Part shown: in pieces, positions 44,594 through 53,445 of the stretch
How positions within the stretch are numbered: position 1 is the first letter of the stretch
Layout: every line of letters starts with the position of its first letter
Assembly (NCBI GenBank): GCA_022969815.1
Contig: GCA_022969815.1_4535.1
Strand: one strand, 5' to 3'
DNA: 64,000 nt
Origin: Escherichia coli
GTDB taxonomy: Bacteria; Pseudomonadota; Gammaproteobacteria; Enterobacterales; Enterobacteriaceae
Notes under the pieces: model-generated
Seen by the model: the letters and a program-made list of their open reading frames with translations, nothing else
The model's database searches: none
Told to the model about the DNA's origin: nothing
Position numbers and translations under genes: made by a program

Positions 44594-44929
44594 TCAAGAA
44601 CGATCGAGTTTCATTAAAAATACAATCATAGCTGCACGCAGGGGTTTATCGTCTCCACGGGACGGTACACCTTCTGTTTTCGCAAGCCAACCGCGAGGAA
44701 AACCATCTTCCCCTGTTACAGGGCTGATACAAATCCTGTGTTTTACTATGATAGCCCAAGCATCTGCTGGATCATTGCAGTAATCATACCAAGTGTAATT
44801 GCCGTTGCAGTCATTTCCCACCGATCGTCCATCCGCATTGTGCGGATAACCTAAAGGCTTGACACCGTGGACTGCTGCAAACACACGTTTGTTGATTTCA
44901 AAATCACTCATTACTCCATATTCTGTCAT
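44594..44929 (-). CDS. hypothetical Cys/Trp-rich protein (111 aa)
   Basis: ORF with AGGAGAA SD. Confidence 0.5.
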   Translation of the reverse strand: MTEYGVMSDFEINKRVFAAVHGVKPLGYPHNADGRSVGNDCNGNYTWYDYCNDPADAWAIIVKHRICISPVTGEDGFPRGWLAKTEGVPSRGDDKPLRAAMIVFLMKLDRS

Positions 44930-45255
44930 GTTTTCTCCTTGTTTTTGGATACTGGAAGGATGTTGATCATAACTACACCGTTATAATCATAAGTATCGTT
45001 AATTTGAGTCTCTACTTCCCGAATATCATCCAGAGTGGGAGGCCAATTTGTAAATTGTACATCAATATTCCCCACACCCAGACTCTTACCCTCCCTCGGC
45101 CTGTAGTTGTACACAAAAACCGTATTGTAGGAGAGTTTTTGATGTTTGTTACGCTTCTTAAAAGTGCGGTCTAAGGCATAGATGCTTCCTATGACACATA
45201 CCGCTACAGCAACAACAACAATGTTAAAATAAAGTTCTTGTAAAATTGCACTCAT
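44926..45255 (-). CDS. hypothetical protein with N-terminal transmembrane helix
   Basis: NIVVVAVAVCVIGSIYAL hydrophobic segment. Confidence 0.5.
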   Translation of the reverse strand: MSAILQELYFNIVVVAVAVCVIGSIYALDRTFKKRNKHQKLSYNTVFVYNYRPREGKSLGVGNIDVQFTNWPPTLDDIREVETQINDTYDYNGVVMINILPVSKNKEKT

Positions 45256-45257
45256 TG

Positions 45258-45587
45258 TTATTTACCCCCTTTCAGTTTTGATTTAACCCATGCCAACCGT
45301 TCTTTGTTCATATGTTGCGTGCCGTGCTCATAATCCTGCATATAAGCTAAGTCACCAAATGGGTACAAGGTGTCTTGGAAATCTTTGAAAAGCATTTCTG
45401 CAAATGCTTCGGTAACTTCGTCAATTTCTTTTAATGAAAACCCTTGTTCCAGTAACCAGTAAGACAAGGAGTCGCAAAGCCCAACAAGTGTGCTGAAGGG
45501 TTTGACATTCTCTCTTTTCGGAGCCACTTCAGCCCAGGCCAACCATGCCTTAAGAAATTGTTGGATAATCACTTCGTTCTTTGTCAT
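45258..45587 (-). CDS. member of 10-copy paralogous small-protein family
   Basis: FLKAWLAWAEVAP ... GLCDSL ... YPF ... HMNKERLAWVKSKL. Confidence 0.55.
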   Translation of the reverse strand: MTKNEVIIQQFLKAWLAWAEVAPKRENVKPFSTLVGLCDSLSYWLLEQGFSLKEIDEVTEAFAEMLFKDFQDTLYPFGDLAYMQDYEHGTQHMNKERLAWVKSKLKGGK

Positions 45588-45595
45588 TTTAGCTC

Positions 45596-46276
45596 CTATT
45601 TAATGTTCAGTTTGTTAAGCAGACGTTGAACCGTATAAGGGTGCCATGTGGTACTGCCACGAACAGTTTCAATTTTCTCTTCAGTAAAGATCTCTGCAAT
45701 TCGAGTCAGAGATGCTCCTGCTTTCCTCATTAACGTAACTTTATCACGAAGCTTCTCGGCATACAAGGTGCTTTTATCATTTTTTCGAGATTGTCTGTAA
45801 TCTTTACGAGACTCTTTATATTTTGGAGATGCAGATCCTAAGAGAATACCTTTGCTCTTAGCTACTGCCAAACCTTTTTTGATACGATCTGCCATACCAC
45901 GTACTTCCTGTTCTGCAAGGACAGATAGAAGCTGAATAACCATCTTGTCTGCATCCGGCATGATCGCAATCTTAACGTCAATCATTTCCAAGAGGATTGC
46001 TACCGAGGCGTTGTTACGACCTAAACGGTCCACTTTAGCTACCAAAAGCGTTGCTCCGGTAGCTTTACACATCTCAACAGCCTTGACAAGTTCTTTACGT
46101 TGCTTCCAGTCGCCTTTACCTGAATAAAATTCAGAAAACTCTCCGATCACTTCAGCCTCCGGCACAGATTCCAAGAAATAACGGATATCGTTTTCCTGGC
46201 TCTGCATACCATACTGGGCTTCACCTTTCTTCTGTTTAGACAAACGGCTGTAAACAACAAACTTTTTCATGATCAA
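45596..46276 (-). CDS. serine recombinase (resolvase/invertase family) with C-terminal helix-turn-helix
   Basis: N-terminal VVYSRLSKQKK...QSQ (catalytic Ser context), LLVAKVDRLGRN, C-terminal basic HTH; GAGGAG SD. Confidence 0.7.
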   Translation of the reverse strand: MIMKKFVVYSRLSKQKKGEAQYGMQSQENDIRYFLESVPEAEVIGEFSEFYSGKGDWKQRKELVKAVEMCKATGATLLVAKVDRLGRNNASVAILLEMIDVKIAIMPDADKMVIQLLSVLAEQEVRGMADRIKKGLAVAKSKGILLGSASPKYKESRKDYRQSRKNDKSTLYAEKLRDKVTLMRKAGASLTRIAEIFTEEKIETVRGSTTWHPYTVQRLLNKLNIK

Positions 46277-46303
46277 CTCCTCAATCGTTATCAGGATTCC
46301 ATT

Positions 46304-46507
46304 TTACAAACTTGAAGCAGTTATTGTCAAGGAATTTATTGGCATCTTTTCCTGTTTCCAAACGGTGCATTGTTCTTTAAGGGCTATCTGCTCATTCTGC
46401 ACGTCTGATACCGCATTAGCAAAGAGGATCAGAAATCCCAAAAAGACCAACATCAATAACAGATTAAAGAAAGTTTGAAAACTCATGCATCCTCCCATTT
46501 GATCCAC
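46304..46507 (-). CDS. small membrane protein (67 aa)
   Basis: LLLMLVFLGFLILFA hydrophobic segment. Confidence 0.45.
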   Translation of the reverse strand: MDQMGGCMSFQTFFNLLLMLVFLGFLILFANAVSDVQNEQIALKEQCTVWKQEKMPINSLTITASSL

Positions 46508-46737
46508 AGAATCATTTCTTCAACGTAAACCTCTTTACCTTTGTTATTGATGAAAGTGTATTCTATGAACTCCGCTGTATACTTTTTGTTGTATTGCTCC
46601 GCTGCTGGGATCGGACACTTTGTCATACGTGTCTCAACCCATTGACGATGAATCGTTGCCTTGTTTTTGGGGTCAAACGGGTGTAAATAGTGCGGTTCTC
46701 CCTCTTGACTATGCCCCATTTTATTCTTCTTCGCCAT
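46483..46737 (-). CDS. hypothetical protein; start at internal ATG with GGAGGAGGTG SD
   Basis: ORF track 46483..46857 otherwise overlaps upstream paralog gene. Confidence 0.45.
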   Translation of the reverse strand: MAKKNKMGHSQEGEPHYLHPFDPKNKATIHRQWVETRMTKCPIPAAEQYNKKYTAEFIEYTFINNKGKEVYVEEMILWIKWEDA

Positions 46738-47065
46738 GCTGCACCTCCTCCAGACGGTCATACACCCAAGCAAGACGATCGAAGTTTTTGTGTTGGGTGC
46801 CGGACTTCTTCTCAATCCAATAACAAGGAATCCAACCTGACAGATCCCACTCGCCATCGAACGGATAGTTCCATTCTAAACCTTCCGCTTCAAACTGCTC
46901 TACCATTTCATCAGAGAGGGAAAGATACAAATCTTGGTCTTCCCCGCAATACACTTCCACTGCATGACACAAACCGCAAGCTTTGATGTTTTCGGGTGGA
47001 TTTTGACTCATAGCTTGATCCAACCACCACTCATAGAATTCCAACAACATGATACTTGATTTCAT
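46721..47065 (-). CDS. member of 10-copy paralogous small-protein family (divergent)
   Basis: FYEWWLDQAMSQNPPEN ... GLCHAV ... YPF ... HKNFDRLAWVYDRL. Confidence 0.5.
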   Translation of the reverse strand: MKSSIMLLEFYEWWLDQAMSQNPPENIKACGLCHAVEVYCGEDQDLYLSLSDEMVEQFEAEGLEWNYPFDGEWDLSGWIPCYWIEKKSGTQHKNFDRLAWVYDRLEEVQHGEEE

Positions 47066-47433
47066 TTGTCTTCCCCTTTCTCCATAAGCGGCGAAGCCGC
47101 GATCATCGACTTATAGACAACTTCGGCTGTTCGGGTTAGCCCCGTCCAGTCCTTCGCTGCCTCCAACATTTCTGGGGTAGGCTCTTTCGGGACCAAGACA
47201 TACCCTTCTGGGATACACATTCCACTCTCTTTCTTTTCGGCTTCTTCCGACATAACTTGCCACACTCCGTAGCTGCAATTCTCGAACAAACAGTAGAGTT
47301 CAGATCCTTCATCATCCACGACAATGAAACAGTTCTCATCTGCTACTTTGGCGTTGTAAATCCGACCTATGGTCAAATAGTCTCGGACATTAATAAACTT
47401 AGAGGCAAGAAACTTCACACGAATGTTTTTCAT
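47062..47433 (-). CDS. hypothetical protein (123 aa)
   Basis: ORF, coupled to neighbours. Confidence 0.5.
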   Translation of the reverse strand: MKNIRVKFLASKFINVRDYLTIGRIYNAKVADENCFIVVDDEGSELYCLFENCSYGVWQVMSEEAEKKESGMCIPEGYVLVPKEPTPEMLEAAKDWTGLTRTAEVVYKSMIAASPLMEKGEDK

Positions 47434-47669
47434 TTCTTAAACTCCGAAAAGCAACCCAAAGAGATGACCCCGCCATTATAGACGATAGCAAACTGGCACC
47501 CTGTTTTTGTGTCTGTGATGATGTAATCTAAAGCCCCAGTCATGCCAGTTTGAACAAAGCGATCCTTGGTTACAACTTTTGAGTCCGAGAAGCCGTTAAC
47601 TTTCGGCACAGTGTCTGCCATAACAGCAGGAGTCACCAGAAACAATGCGATCAGTAATGCCTTTTTCAT
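47430..47669 (-). CDS. small secreted protein (signal peptide)
   Basis: MKKALLIALFLVTPAVMA N-terminus; GGAGGA SD. Confidence 0.5.
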   Translation of the reverse strand: MKKALLIALFLVTPAVMADTVPKVNGFSDSKVVTKDRFVQTGMTGALDYIITDTKTGCQFAIVYNGGVISLGCFSEFKK

Positions 47670-47690
47670 AAATCCTCCAGTAACCTTTGG

Positions 47691-48005
47691 TTAGCCTTGA
47701 AATGAATTGCGACGACCAATACGGGCACAGCGATCACCTTCATAAGAGGTGAAATCCAAACTCACTCGGAAGCCAGGGTGGGTATCAGAGATCCCCACAT
47801 TCTTCACCCACATCTCGAAACTGCCAATATGTAAGGTCATAATGTTTACATACCATTCCAGCGTCACTTCTGTGCCGTCTACACCTGTGATGTAAAACTC
47901 ACGAGCGAAATGGGTGTCGTGCTTCTCTTTCTGACGCTCATACTTAGCGATTGCACCTTTCTCAACAGCCGCTTTCAGGATCACTTCTAATTCTTCTATT
48001 TGCAT
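47691..48005 (-). CDS. hypothetical protein (104 aa)
   Basis: ORF with AGAGGAGAGAG SD downstream of promoter. Confidence 0.5.
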   Translation of the reverse strand: MQIEELEVILKAAVEKGAIAKYERQKEKHDTHFAREFYITGVDGTEVTLEWYVNIMTLHIGSFEMWVKNVGISDTHPGFRVSLDFTSYEGDRCARIGRRNSFQG

Positions 48006-48035
48006 GTTCTCTCTCCTCTTGTTGTTGATGCAATC

Positions 48036-48064
48036 ACTATAATATGTCTGACACTCTCTGTCAA
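48036..48064 (-). promoter_or_regulatory. sigma70-like promoter (minus strand)
   Basis: minus strand TTGACA - 17 nt - TATAGT upstream of 47691..48005. Confidence 0.5.
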
Positions 48065-48276
48065 ATGTTTTCTGCTTCCAGTACTACTCTCTGGATCTGC
48101 ACGTCATCAATGTTTGCAAGACAAGTCCCTAAGATAAGCCCTGCTCGGAAAGGGGCTTGGAATTTGGAGGAAGCCCCCACTCGAATAGAGTATTCCACAC
48201 CACACATGGTGTAATCTACACGATACATATTCAAACCCATGAACATCAGTTCTTCTTCCGACTCTTCGATTTGCAT
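48061..48276 (-). CDS. hypothetical protein (71 aa)
   Basis: ORF with AGAGGAGA SD. Confidence 0.45.
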   Translation of the reverse strand: MQIEESEEELMFMGLNMYRVDYTMCGVEYSIRVGASSKFQAPFRAGLILGTCLANIDDVQIQRVVLEAENI

Positions 48277-48288
48277 TTTTATCTCCTC

Positions 48289-48843
48289 TTAGTTCCAACT
48301 AACGATGATGTGTTTGATAACCCCAAAAACGCTATATTCCGCTGTTGTCAACGTTACATCTAAACCTTTTGCACGCAACATTGTGGCTACTACATTCACC
48401 CCTTCTTTCTGTTTATCCATCTCTTCGTAAGAAGAAGGGCTGTTACACAAACCAAAACTCGAAGGTTCAAAATATTTTTGGAATTTCCCCTGTTCTGCAT
48501 AATCTTCAATCTCCGGCAGAATACAGTCTACCATTTCAGTAAAATGGGAATTTGCTTGCAGTGCTTTACTACGTAGTTTATCACGTAAACTTCCCACAAA
48601 CCCTTCCTGATCTTCTGTTTGCTCTTCTTCACAGAAAGGATGAAGTTCAGCCCAGTCCCAAACGTCTCCCTCTAAAGCAAACGTTGTGTTGTAGTTGAAG
48701 AAGGTGCAACGTGGAAGTTCCCCGTTGAAAGAGTCCTTCAGCAAAATATATTTCTTACCATTTGCGTGGAAGAGTTCCCCTTTGATAACCTTGCCTTTCT
48801 CGATATCGCTGTTGGTGGAACGGGTGCAGATAAACTGTTTCAT
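48289..48843 (-). CDS. hypothetical protein (184 aa)
   Basis: ORF with AGAGGAGAA SD. Confidence 0.55.
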   Translation of the reverse strand: MKQFICTRSTNSDIEKGKVIKGELFHANGKKYILLKDSFNGELPRCTFFNYNTTFALEGDVWDWAELHPFCEEEQTEDQEGFVGSLRDKLRSKALQANSHFTEMVDCILPEIEDYAEQGKFQKYFEPSSFGLCNSPSSYEEMDKQKEGVNVVATMLRAKGLDVTLTTAEYSVFGVIKHIIVSWN

Positions 48844-48897
48844 GATTTTCTCCTCTCTGTTTCGATGAGATGATTATGACAAAGACAAATCCCTCTG

Positions 48898-49224
48898 TCA
48901 ACCAATTATTTCTTCTGCTACACGTTCTTTTACCCAGTTCACGCGATCCACATTCAAATGACAACGGCTTCTTTCTGCTTCTAAGGTGTACTTTCCAAAA
49001 TTACTGTTGAAAGGCAGCACCATAACCAAACCTTTGTGGTAGAACTGCTCATGCATTTCATCCAGTACAGGTTCGTATCGTTCGCTTTCTCCCATATCGT
49101 AAAAATCATAGAGGTTCGTGCACAAACCTGTGCAACGGGTGAACGGTTCGCCTTCAGGAGCACCAGCTTCCAACCATGCCAAATACGTGCGGTAAAATGT
49201 TAATAGTTCTTCGCTCATTTCCAC
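48898..49224 (-). CDS. member of 10-copy paralogous small-protein family
   Basis: FYRTYLAWLEAGAPEGEPF ... GLCTNL ... LPFN ... HLNVDRVNWVKERV. Confidence 0.55.
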   Translation of the reverse strand: MEMSEELLTFYRTYLAWLEAGAPEGEPFTRCTGLCTNLYDFYDMGESERYEPVLDEMHEQFYHKGLVMVLPFNSNFGKYTLEAERSRCHLNVDRVNWVKERVAEEIIG

Positions 49225-49427
49225 TCTCCTTCATGATAGTAAACCTCAAAAGAATAGTAAGTGAACATGCTCATTGTAACACCTGCCATTTCTGGATCAA
49301 AGGGGGTGTTGTTATACATGTCAACTACTGCCTGACCCGCTGCTTTGGCATGTGCTGCTGAATCACAGGCACAAACATCTTTCTCCCACGGAAACTTGCC
49401 ATCATACTTAAGACGGACAATCCACAT
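49215..49427 (-). CDS. hypothetical protein (70 aa)
   Basis: ORF with GGAGGAA SD. Confidence 0.45.
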   Translation of the reverse strand: MWIVRLKYDGKFPWEKDVCACDSAAHAKAAGQAVVDMYNNTPFDPEMAGVTMSMFTYYSFEVYYHEGEWK

Positions 49428-49429
49428 GC

Positions 49430-49657
49430 TTATTCCTCCATCTCAAACCATTCAGGAAACACTTTACGGAAGACACGGGTTGTTTCCAAAAGGAATTCCA
49501 ATTCTTTTTCCAGATCTGCGTTCCAATCGTGCACTTTAACATTGATCGCCAATGCACTTGCACGACGACTCAATTCTTGACAGATGGGGTCGCGCAACAC
49601 TATTGAATCATAAAACTGACAAACAGCTTCAAGTTCATACCAATTATAAGCAGCCAT
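49430..49657 (-). CDS. hypothetical protein (75 aa)
   Basis: ORF with GAGGAGGATG SD. Confidence 0.45.
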   Translation of the reverse strand: MAAYNWYELEAVCQFYDSIVLRDPICQELSRRASALAINVKVHDWNADLEKELEFLLETTRVFRKVFPEWFEMEE

Positions 49658-49983
49658 TATTCATCCTCCTCTGCAATACGATCTCTCACCCAATTAATCC
49701 TGTCCACGTTCAGGTGACAGGCATCTGCGTCTGACTCTAAAACATATGCATCATAGTTCTCATTGAAAGGGAGTTCTTGACTCAACCCTTTATAGTGGAA
49801 CTGCGCGTGCATTTCATCTGATAAGGTTGTTATAATAGGATTGTAATTATCTCTGTGCACGTAATCGAACAAATTGGCACACAAACCACAATTTGGCAGA
49901 AACGGTCTACCGTAAGGGGCACCATCTTCGATCCAGGCAAGGTACTTTTTGTAAAACTTCATCAGATCTTTACTTGTTTTCAT
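49657..49983 (-). CDS. member of 10-copy paralogous small-protein family
   Basis: FYKKYLAWIEDGAPYGRPF ... GLCANL ... LPFN ... HLNVDRINWVRDRI. Confidence 0.55.
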   Translation of the reverse strand: MKTSKDLMKFYKKYLAWIEDGAPYGRPFLPNCGLCANLFDYVHRDNYNPIITTLSDEMHAQFHYKGLSQELPFNENYDAYVLESDADACHLNVDRINWVRDRIAEEDE

Positions 49984-50221
49984 TTAGCCACCTCGTCAGT
50001 TTTTCTTGCTCTTTGTTTGCGCGTTCTAAGCTTCTAAACTTTGAACAAAGGGAAAGAGTATCCATACCCATGCACAAGCTTTCATCTAAACTGTGCTCCC
50101 CGACCAACCAAAGAGAATATGTTTGAACATCTAACCCGTAGTTTCTGTCTTTCCATAATCTGACCCCAACAACATCAAAAGGCGCTTCCGTGACTAAAGA
50201 AAGAAACCGATCTTTATTCAT
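49970..50221 (-). CDS. hypothetical protein (83 aa)
   Basis: ORF with GAGGTGG SD. Confidence 0.45.
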   Translation of the reverse strand: MNKDRFLSLVTEAPFDVVGVRLWKDRNYGLDVQTYSLWLVGEHSLDESLCMGMDTLSLCSKFRSLERANKEQEKLTRWLNENK

Positions 50222-50222
50222 G

Positions 50223-50567
50223 TTACACCACCTCTACCACATGAATGGACACATCGTCACGGTAGTATTTATCATCCCCGTAAATCTGACCCAAACGTAC
50301 ACATGCGTCGTAGATAGAAAGGGCTGGGATCTGATAAGTTTTAATACTGCCGTTATCTTTTGTATATCGGATTTCGAAAAGACGCATCTCATTTTCAGCT
50401 ACCACCTCAAAAGTGGCGCAGCCCATTCTCAACTCAATAACACAATCTGTTCCGTCATCACTATTGATCCAGTAGTAATCTACATCCTCGTCCGTATTTG
50501 TCACAGGGTATTGCTTACCAACAGTGAAATATGGAACGGAAGATGATACGCACAAAAGTTTAGTCAT
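50223..50567 (-). CDS. hypothetical protein; start at internal ATG with AAGGAGAG SD
   Basis: ORF track extends to 50624. Confidence 0.5.
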   Translation of the reverse strand: MTKLLCVSSSVPYFTVGKQYPVTNTDEDVDYYWINSDDGTDCVIELRMGCATFEVVAENEMRLFEIRYTKDNGSIKTYQIPALSIYDACVRLGQIYGDDKYYRDDVSIHVVEVV

Positions 50568-50627
50568 TTTTCTCTCCTTATTGTCTTGATGTGGTAAGCA
50601 TACCATACAGAAATCAGGTGTCAAGCT

Positions 50628-50828
50628 TTATCGACACAGATAGTTGTAACGATCTGCTTTATCCTCTGCTTCAGCAAAGTCAGCAATCAAGGAAGTTTTG
50701 AGTTCTTCCAACTCTTTCACCCAAGAGTCGTAATCACTCTGTGTTTCCCCAATGGTTTGGAGAAAACAATCGTCGTAGCCGATAGACATGGCTAACTCGA
50801 TAATACGTTCCAGTTTTTCTTCCATCAT
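50628..50828 (-). CDS. hypothetical acidic protein (66 aa)
   Basis: ORF with AGGAGAGAA SD. Confidence 0.45.
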   Translation of the reverse strand: MMEEKLERIIELAMSIGYDDCFLQTIGETQSDYDSWVKELEELKTSLIADFAEAEDKADRYNYLCR

Positions 50829-51349
50829 TTCTCTCCTTCTACAGATTCTTGCTTAATATGATAATAGGCACCCCGTGCCAGATACACTTCGTGTTCTACA
50901 TCGCTGATCGGGAACCCATCAAGATTGGAAAGTCCTTGCTCAATAGTGAGAATAAGGCTTCGCAAACTAAGAGCCAGCAATTCTATACGTGCTTCAAGCA
51001 CACGGTTGTGTTTACGAGAAATGTCGTAGTTGCACTGTGCTTCCTTCCATTGTTCAACGGCATGTTCCAGACTACGGAGAAGGGTAGCTTTCTCCTGTTC
51101 AGCTTTAGATACTTCCCAGTTCACAGAAGTGTCGGCAGGAACAAGAATGAAAGGTTCTTCTTTCTCTCCCACAATAGACCAACACCCCAGCTTACTATCT
51201 TTCAATGTATCCCACGCATAGTCCCCATCATCACAAGTAAATCGGAATACCTCTCCTACCTTGGCCTCCCATTCAGCCTCGTAAGTTTTACCAGTGGTAA
51301 CAAAGGAATGCTTAGAGAGACTACAGTAAACAGCGAATACCTTGCTCAT
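50825..51349 (-). CDS. hypothetical protein (174 aa)
   Basis: ORF with GAGGAGG SD. Confidence 0.55.
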   Translation of the reverse strand: MSKVFAVYCSLSKHSFVTTGKTYEAEWEAKVGEVFRFTCDDGDYAWDTLKDSKLGCWSIVGEKEEPFILVPADTSVNWEVSKAEQEKATLLRSLEHAVEQWKEAQCNYDISRKHNRVLEARIELLALSLRSLILTIEQGLSNLDGFPISDVEHEVYLARGAYYHIKQESVEGEK

Positions 51350-51591
51350 TCTACCTCCTCATTAGAGATTACAGACAAAGAGAGCGTAGCAAAACCTACA
51401 GAGATTGCTCGCCCCTCGTCAATAGCTTCGTTAAGCATATAACTTACCAAACTGGTAGTGGCAAAATCACCATCTTCCGTAAGGCGAAACACTTCTTGAT
51501 CCGGTTCGGTAATGAAAGGCAGAAGGTATTCTTTCTTTGTATCCAGGAAACGTACTACATGGAATAAACGGGTTTTATTTCCGTAAGACAT
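51346..51591 (-). CDS. hypothetical protein (81 aa)
   Basis: ORF with GAGAGAAAG SD. Confidence 0.5.
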   Translation of the reverse strand: MSYGNKTRLFHVVRFLDTKKEYLLPFITEPDQEVFRLTEDGDFATTSLVSYMLNEAIDEGRAISVGFATLSLSVISNEEVE

Positions 51592-52042
51592 TCTTTCTCT
51601 CCTTTACTTTGGGATACTCCCAACCCTCTGGGAGATCTTCGTTAAGCATCCACTCAAAAGGCCAGCGACAATAGCTATGCCACTTTCCATCCAAGTAGAG
51701 GCAATCTTCATCTACTGGTCCACAAGGATTGATAACTACAACACACCCTTTTGCTCGCCAATACTGAACTATTTCGGGGTAAAAACAAGAAACGTCAGTC
51801 CACTCCCAAACACGTTCATCATTCAGACGATATGCTGCTGGTAATGTTTCTTTCATAGTATTAAACCTGAACCAAGGAATCACGCCAATCTTTACTGCTA
51901 CCCACGCCAAGGAAGTAATAGTCTGAGGTACTAACAGAAGTACGCCAAGCATGAATCCAATCAGGAACCTCCGGCTTATGGCTGTAGCCATAGCGATCAC
52001 CACTTGAGTCTGTTGCGATGTAATTGACAAACTCTGGCACAT
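51575..52042 (-). CDS. hypothetical Trp/Cys-rich protein; 5' limit uncertain, conflicts with 51861..52307
   Basis: C-terminal two thirds protein-like; overlaps upstream ORF by about 180 nt in another frame. Confidence 0.3.
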   Translation of the reverse strand: MCQSLSITSQQTQVVIAMATAISRRFLIGFMLGVLLLVPQTITSLAWVAVKIGVIPWFRFNTMKETLPAAYRLNDERVWEWTDVSCFYPEIVQYWRAKGCVVVINPCGPVDEDCLYLDGKWHSYCRWPFEWMLNEDLPEGWEYPKVKERKNVLRK

Positions 52043-52307
52043 CTAAAGTTTCACCTTGATACTCTACACGCTTGAAGCCATCTTCCACTTGTTCCTCCCC
52101 TTCCACCAGAAGGGCAAGAAGCTGAATATGTGGACAAGTGAAGTCTTGCCCTGGATAACGGGAGCGGATATCTGTTAACAGTGCGATCACTGCCTTCGAC
52201 ACGGTTTCATAATCTTCATACTTCACGTATGTCCCTTCTGTCGGATCATCCGAGCACATAAGCCAAGCGTCGTTGGGATTTACACCATAATGTTTCACTT
52301 TACTCAT
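51861..52307 (-). CDS. hypothetical protein; 3' limit uncertain
   Basis: strong TAGGAGGT SD at start; 3' end overlaps 51575..52042. Confidence 0.45.
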   Translation of the reverse strand: MSKVKHYGVNPNDAWLMCSDDPTEGTYVKYEDYETVSKAVIALLTDIRSRYPGQDFTCPHIQLLALLVEGEEQVEDGFKRVEYQGETLDVPEFVNYIATDSSGDRYGYSHKPEVPDWIHAWRTSVSTSDYYFLGVGSSKDWRDSLVQV

Positions 52308-52380
52308 TTAAACCTCCTACTCGTACATTAAGAAACCTAAAATAATAATCAGGACAACGAAAATAATAGTCTCTATCATA

Positions 52381-52626
52381 TTACCAAGCCGCCACGACCC
52401 CAGTGCGCAGGGTTTCTTCATAACCCCAAATATCTGCACCAATTGCCACTGCAACCCACGAGGTGTCCCATTCCAAACCTGTCGTATTAGACAAAGAGAG
52501 AGCTTCAATCTTCAAAGCCGCTGGATCAAGGGCTGCACGCATTTTAACAATCTCTTTTTCGATCTCAATACGCTCTTCTCCGGTAATCGGTGTTCCTACA
52601 CGATCAGTAGTAAAAATATGTAACAT
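52381..52626 (-). CDS. hypothetical protein (81 aa)
   Basis: ORF with GAGGAGGGG SD. Confidence 0.5.
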   Translation of the reverse strand: MLHIFTTDRVGTPITGEERIEIEKEIVKMRAALDPAALKIEALSLSNTTGLEWDTSWVAVAIGADIWGYEETLRTGVVAAW

Positions 52627-52635
52627 ATCCCCTCC

Positions 52636-52848
52636 TCACTTATTCATAGAAGCAGGAAGAATCGAGTGACACTTCCTGCACACTTTCACTTTAACAAGAT
52701 TATCACTACATTCTGCGTAAATCAAGGCTTCTTTCAACTTATTCCCACATGAACAATACCCTGTTAGGTCCAGAGGAACATCAAAAAGCCCATAATCACT
52801 CTCATATTGCTTTTCACACAACGAAATAACTCTTGTAAAGTAAGACAT
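52636..52848 (-). CDS. hypothetical Cys-rich protein (70 aa)
   Basis: CSCGNK ... CRKCH; AAGGAT SD. Confidence 0.5.
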   Translation of the reverse strand: MSYFTRVISLCEKQYESDYGLFDVPLDLTGYCSCGNKLKEALIYAECSDNLVKVKVCRKCHSILPASMNK

Positions 52849-52851
52849 TTC

Positions 52852-53007
52852 CTATCCTTCTGCTTGATTAATTAATTCTTTACACCGTAAGGCAAACTCT
52901 CGTGTAGACTGGAAGTGGACGTAAGCTGTTGACCACTTTTGGAGTTCTTCTCTACCAAGGGCTATCAACTCTTTATCTGTAAGTTTCATAGCTTCTTGTA
53001 TTGTCAT
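52852..53007 (-). CDS. possible small protein (51 aa), not in ORF track
   Basis: ATG with GAGGAA SD; fills the only gap between 52848 and 53012. Confidence 0.4.
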   Translation of the reverse strand: MTIQEAMKLTDKELIALGREELQKWSTAYVHFQSTREFALRCKELINQAEG

Positions 53008-53011
53008 TGGG

Positions 53012-53233
53012 TTATTCCTCGATCACTTCCACATCCCAAGAGAAGAATACATAGTCACAACCTTCCCAAACATCATCTTCCAGGATCTCACAACCTTCCA
53101 CTTTAGCCATCTCCTCTTGGGAAACGAAGAATGTTTGCAGATCATCACTGAAAAGGTGTGCTTCAACAATAAAAGGAAGTTGAACATTTTCAAAACCTAC
53201 GTAGCCTGTAACATCGATAACTTTAATCTTCAT
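53012..53233 (-). CDS. hypothetical acidic protein (73 aa)
   Basis: ORF with AAGGAGAA SD. Confidence 0.5.
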   Translation of the reverse strand: MKIKVIDVTGYVGFENVQLPFIVEAHLFSDDLQTFFVSQEEMAKVEGCEILEDDVWEGCDYVFFSWDVEVIEE

Positions 53234-53445
53234 GAGGGTTCTCCTTTATAAAGTAAACCTCTTAGTTCACATTCCGCAACCAATAGACGGTTAGCTTGAT
53301 TGTCCATAGACACGTCTATCTCCACACTCCAAGCATTAATATACACTTCGTTGATCTTTGCGTCAAGCATTTGTGCAACTAAAGCTACCGCTCCGGCGTA
53401 CTCCAGTTTAATCTCTATAATCATTTGAGATGATCCCTTGCCCAT
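53230..53445 (-). CDS. hypothetical protein (71 aa)
   Basis: ORF overlapping neighbours. Confidence 0.5.
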   Translation of the reverse strand: MGKGSSQMIIEIKLEYAGAVALVAQMLDAKINEVYINAWSVEIDVSMDNQANRLLVAECELRGLLYKGEPS

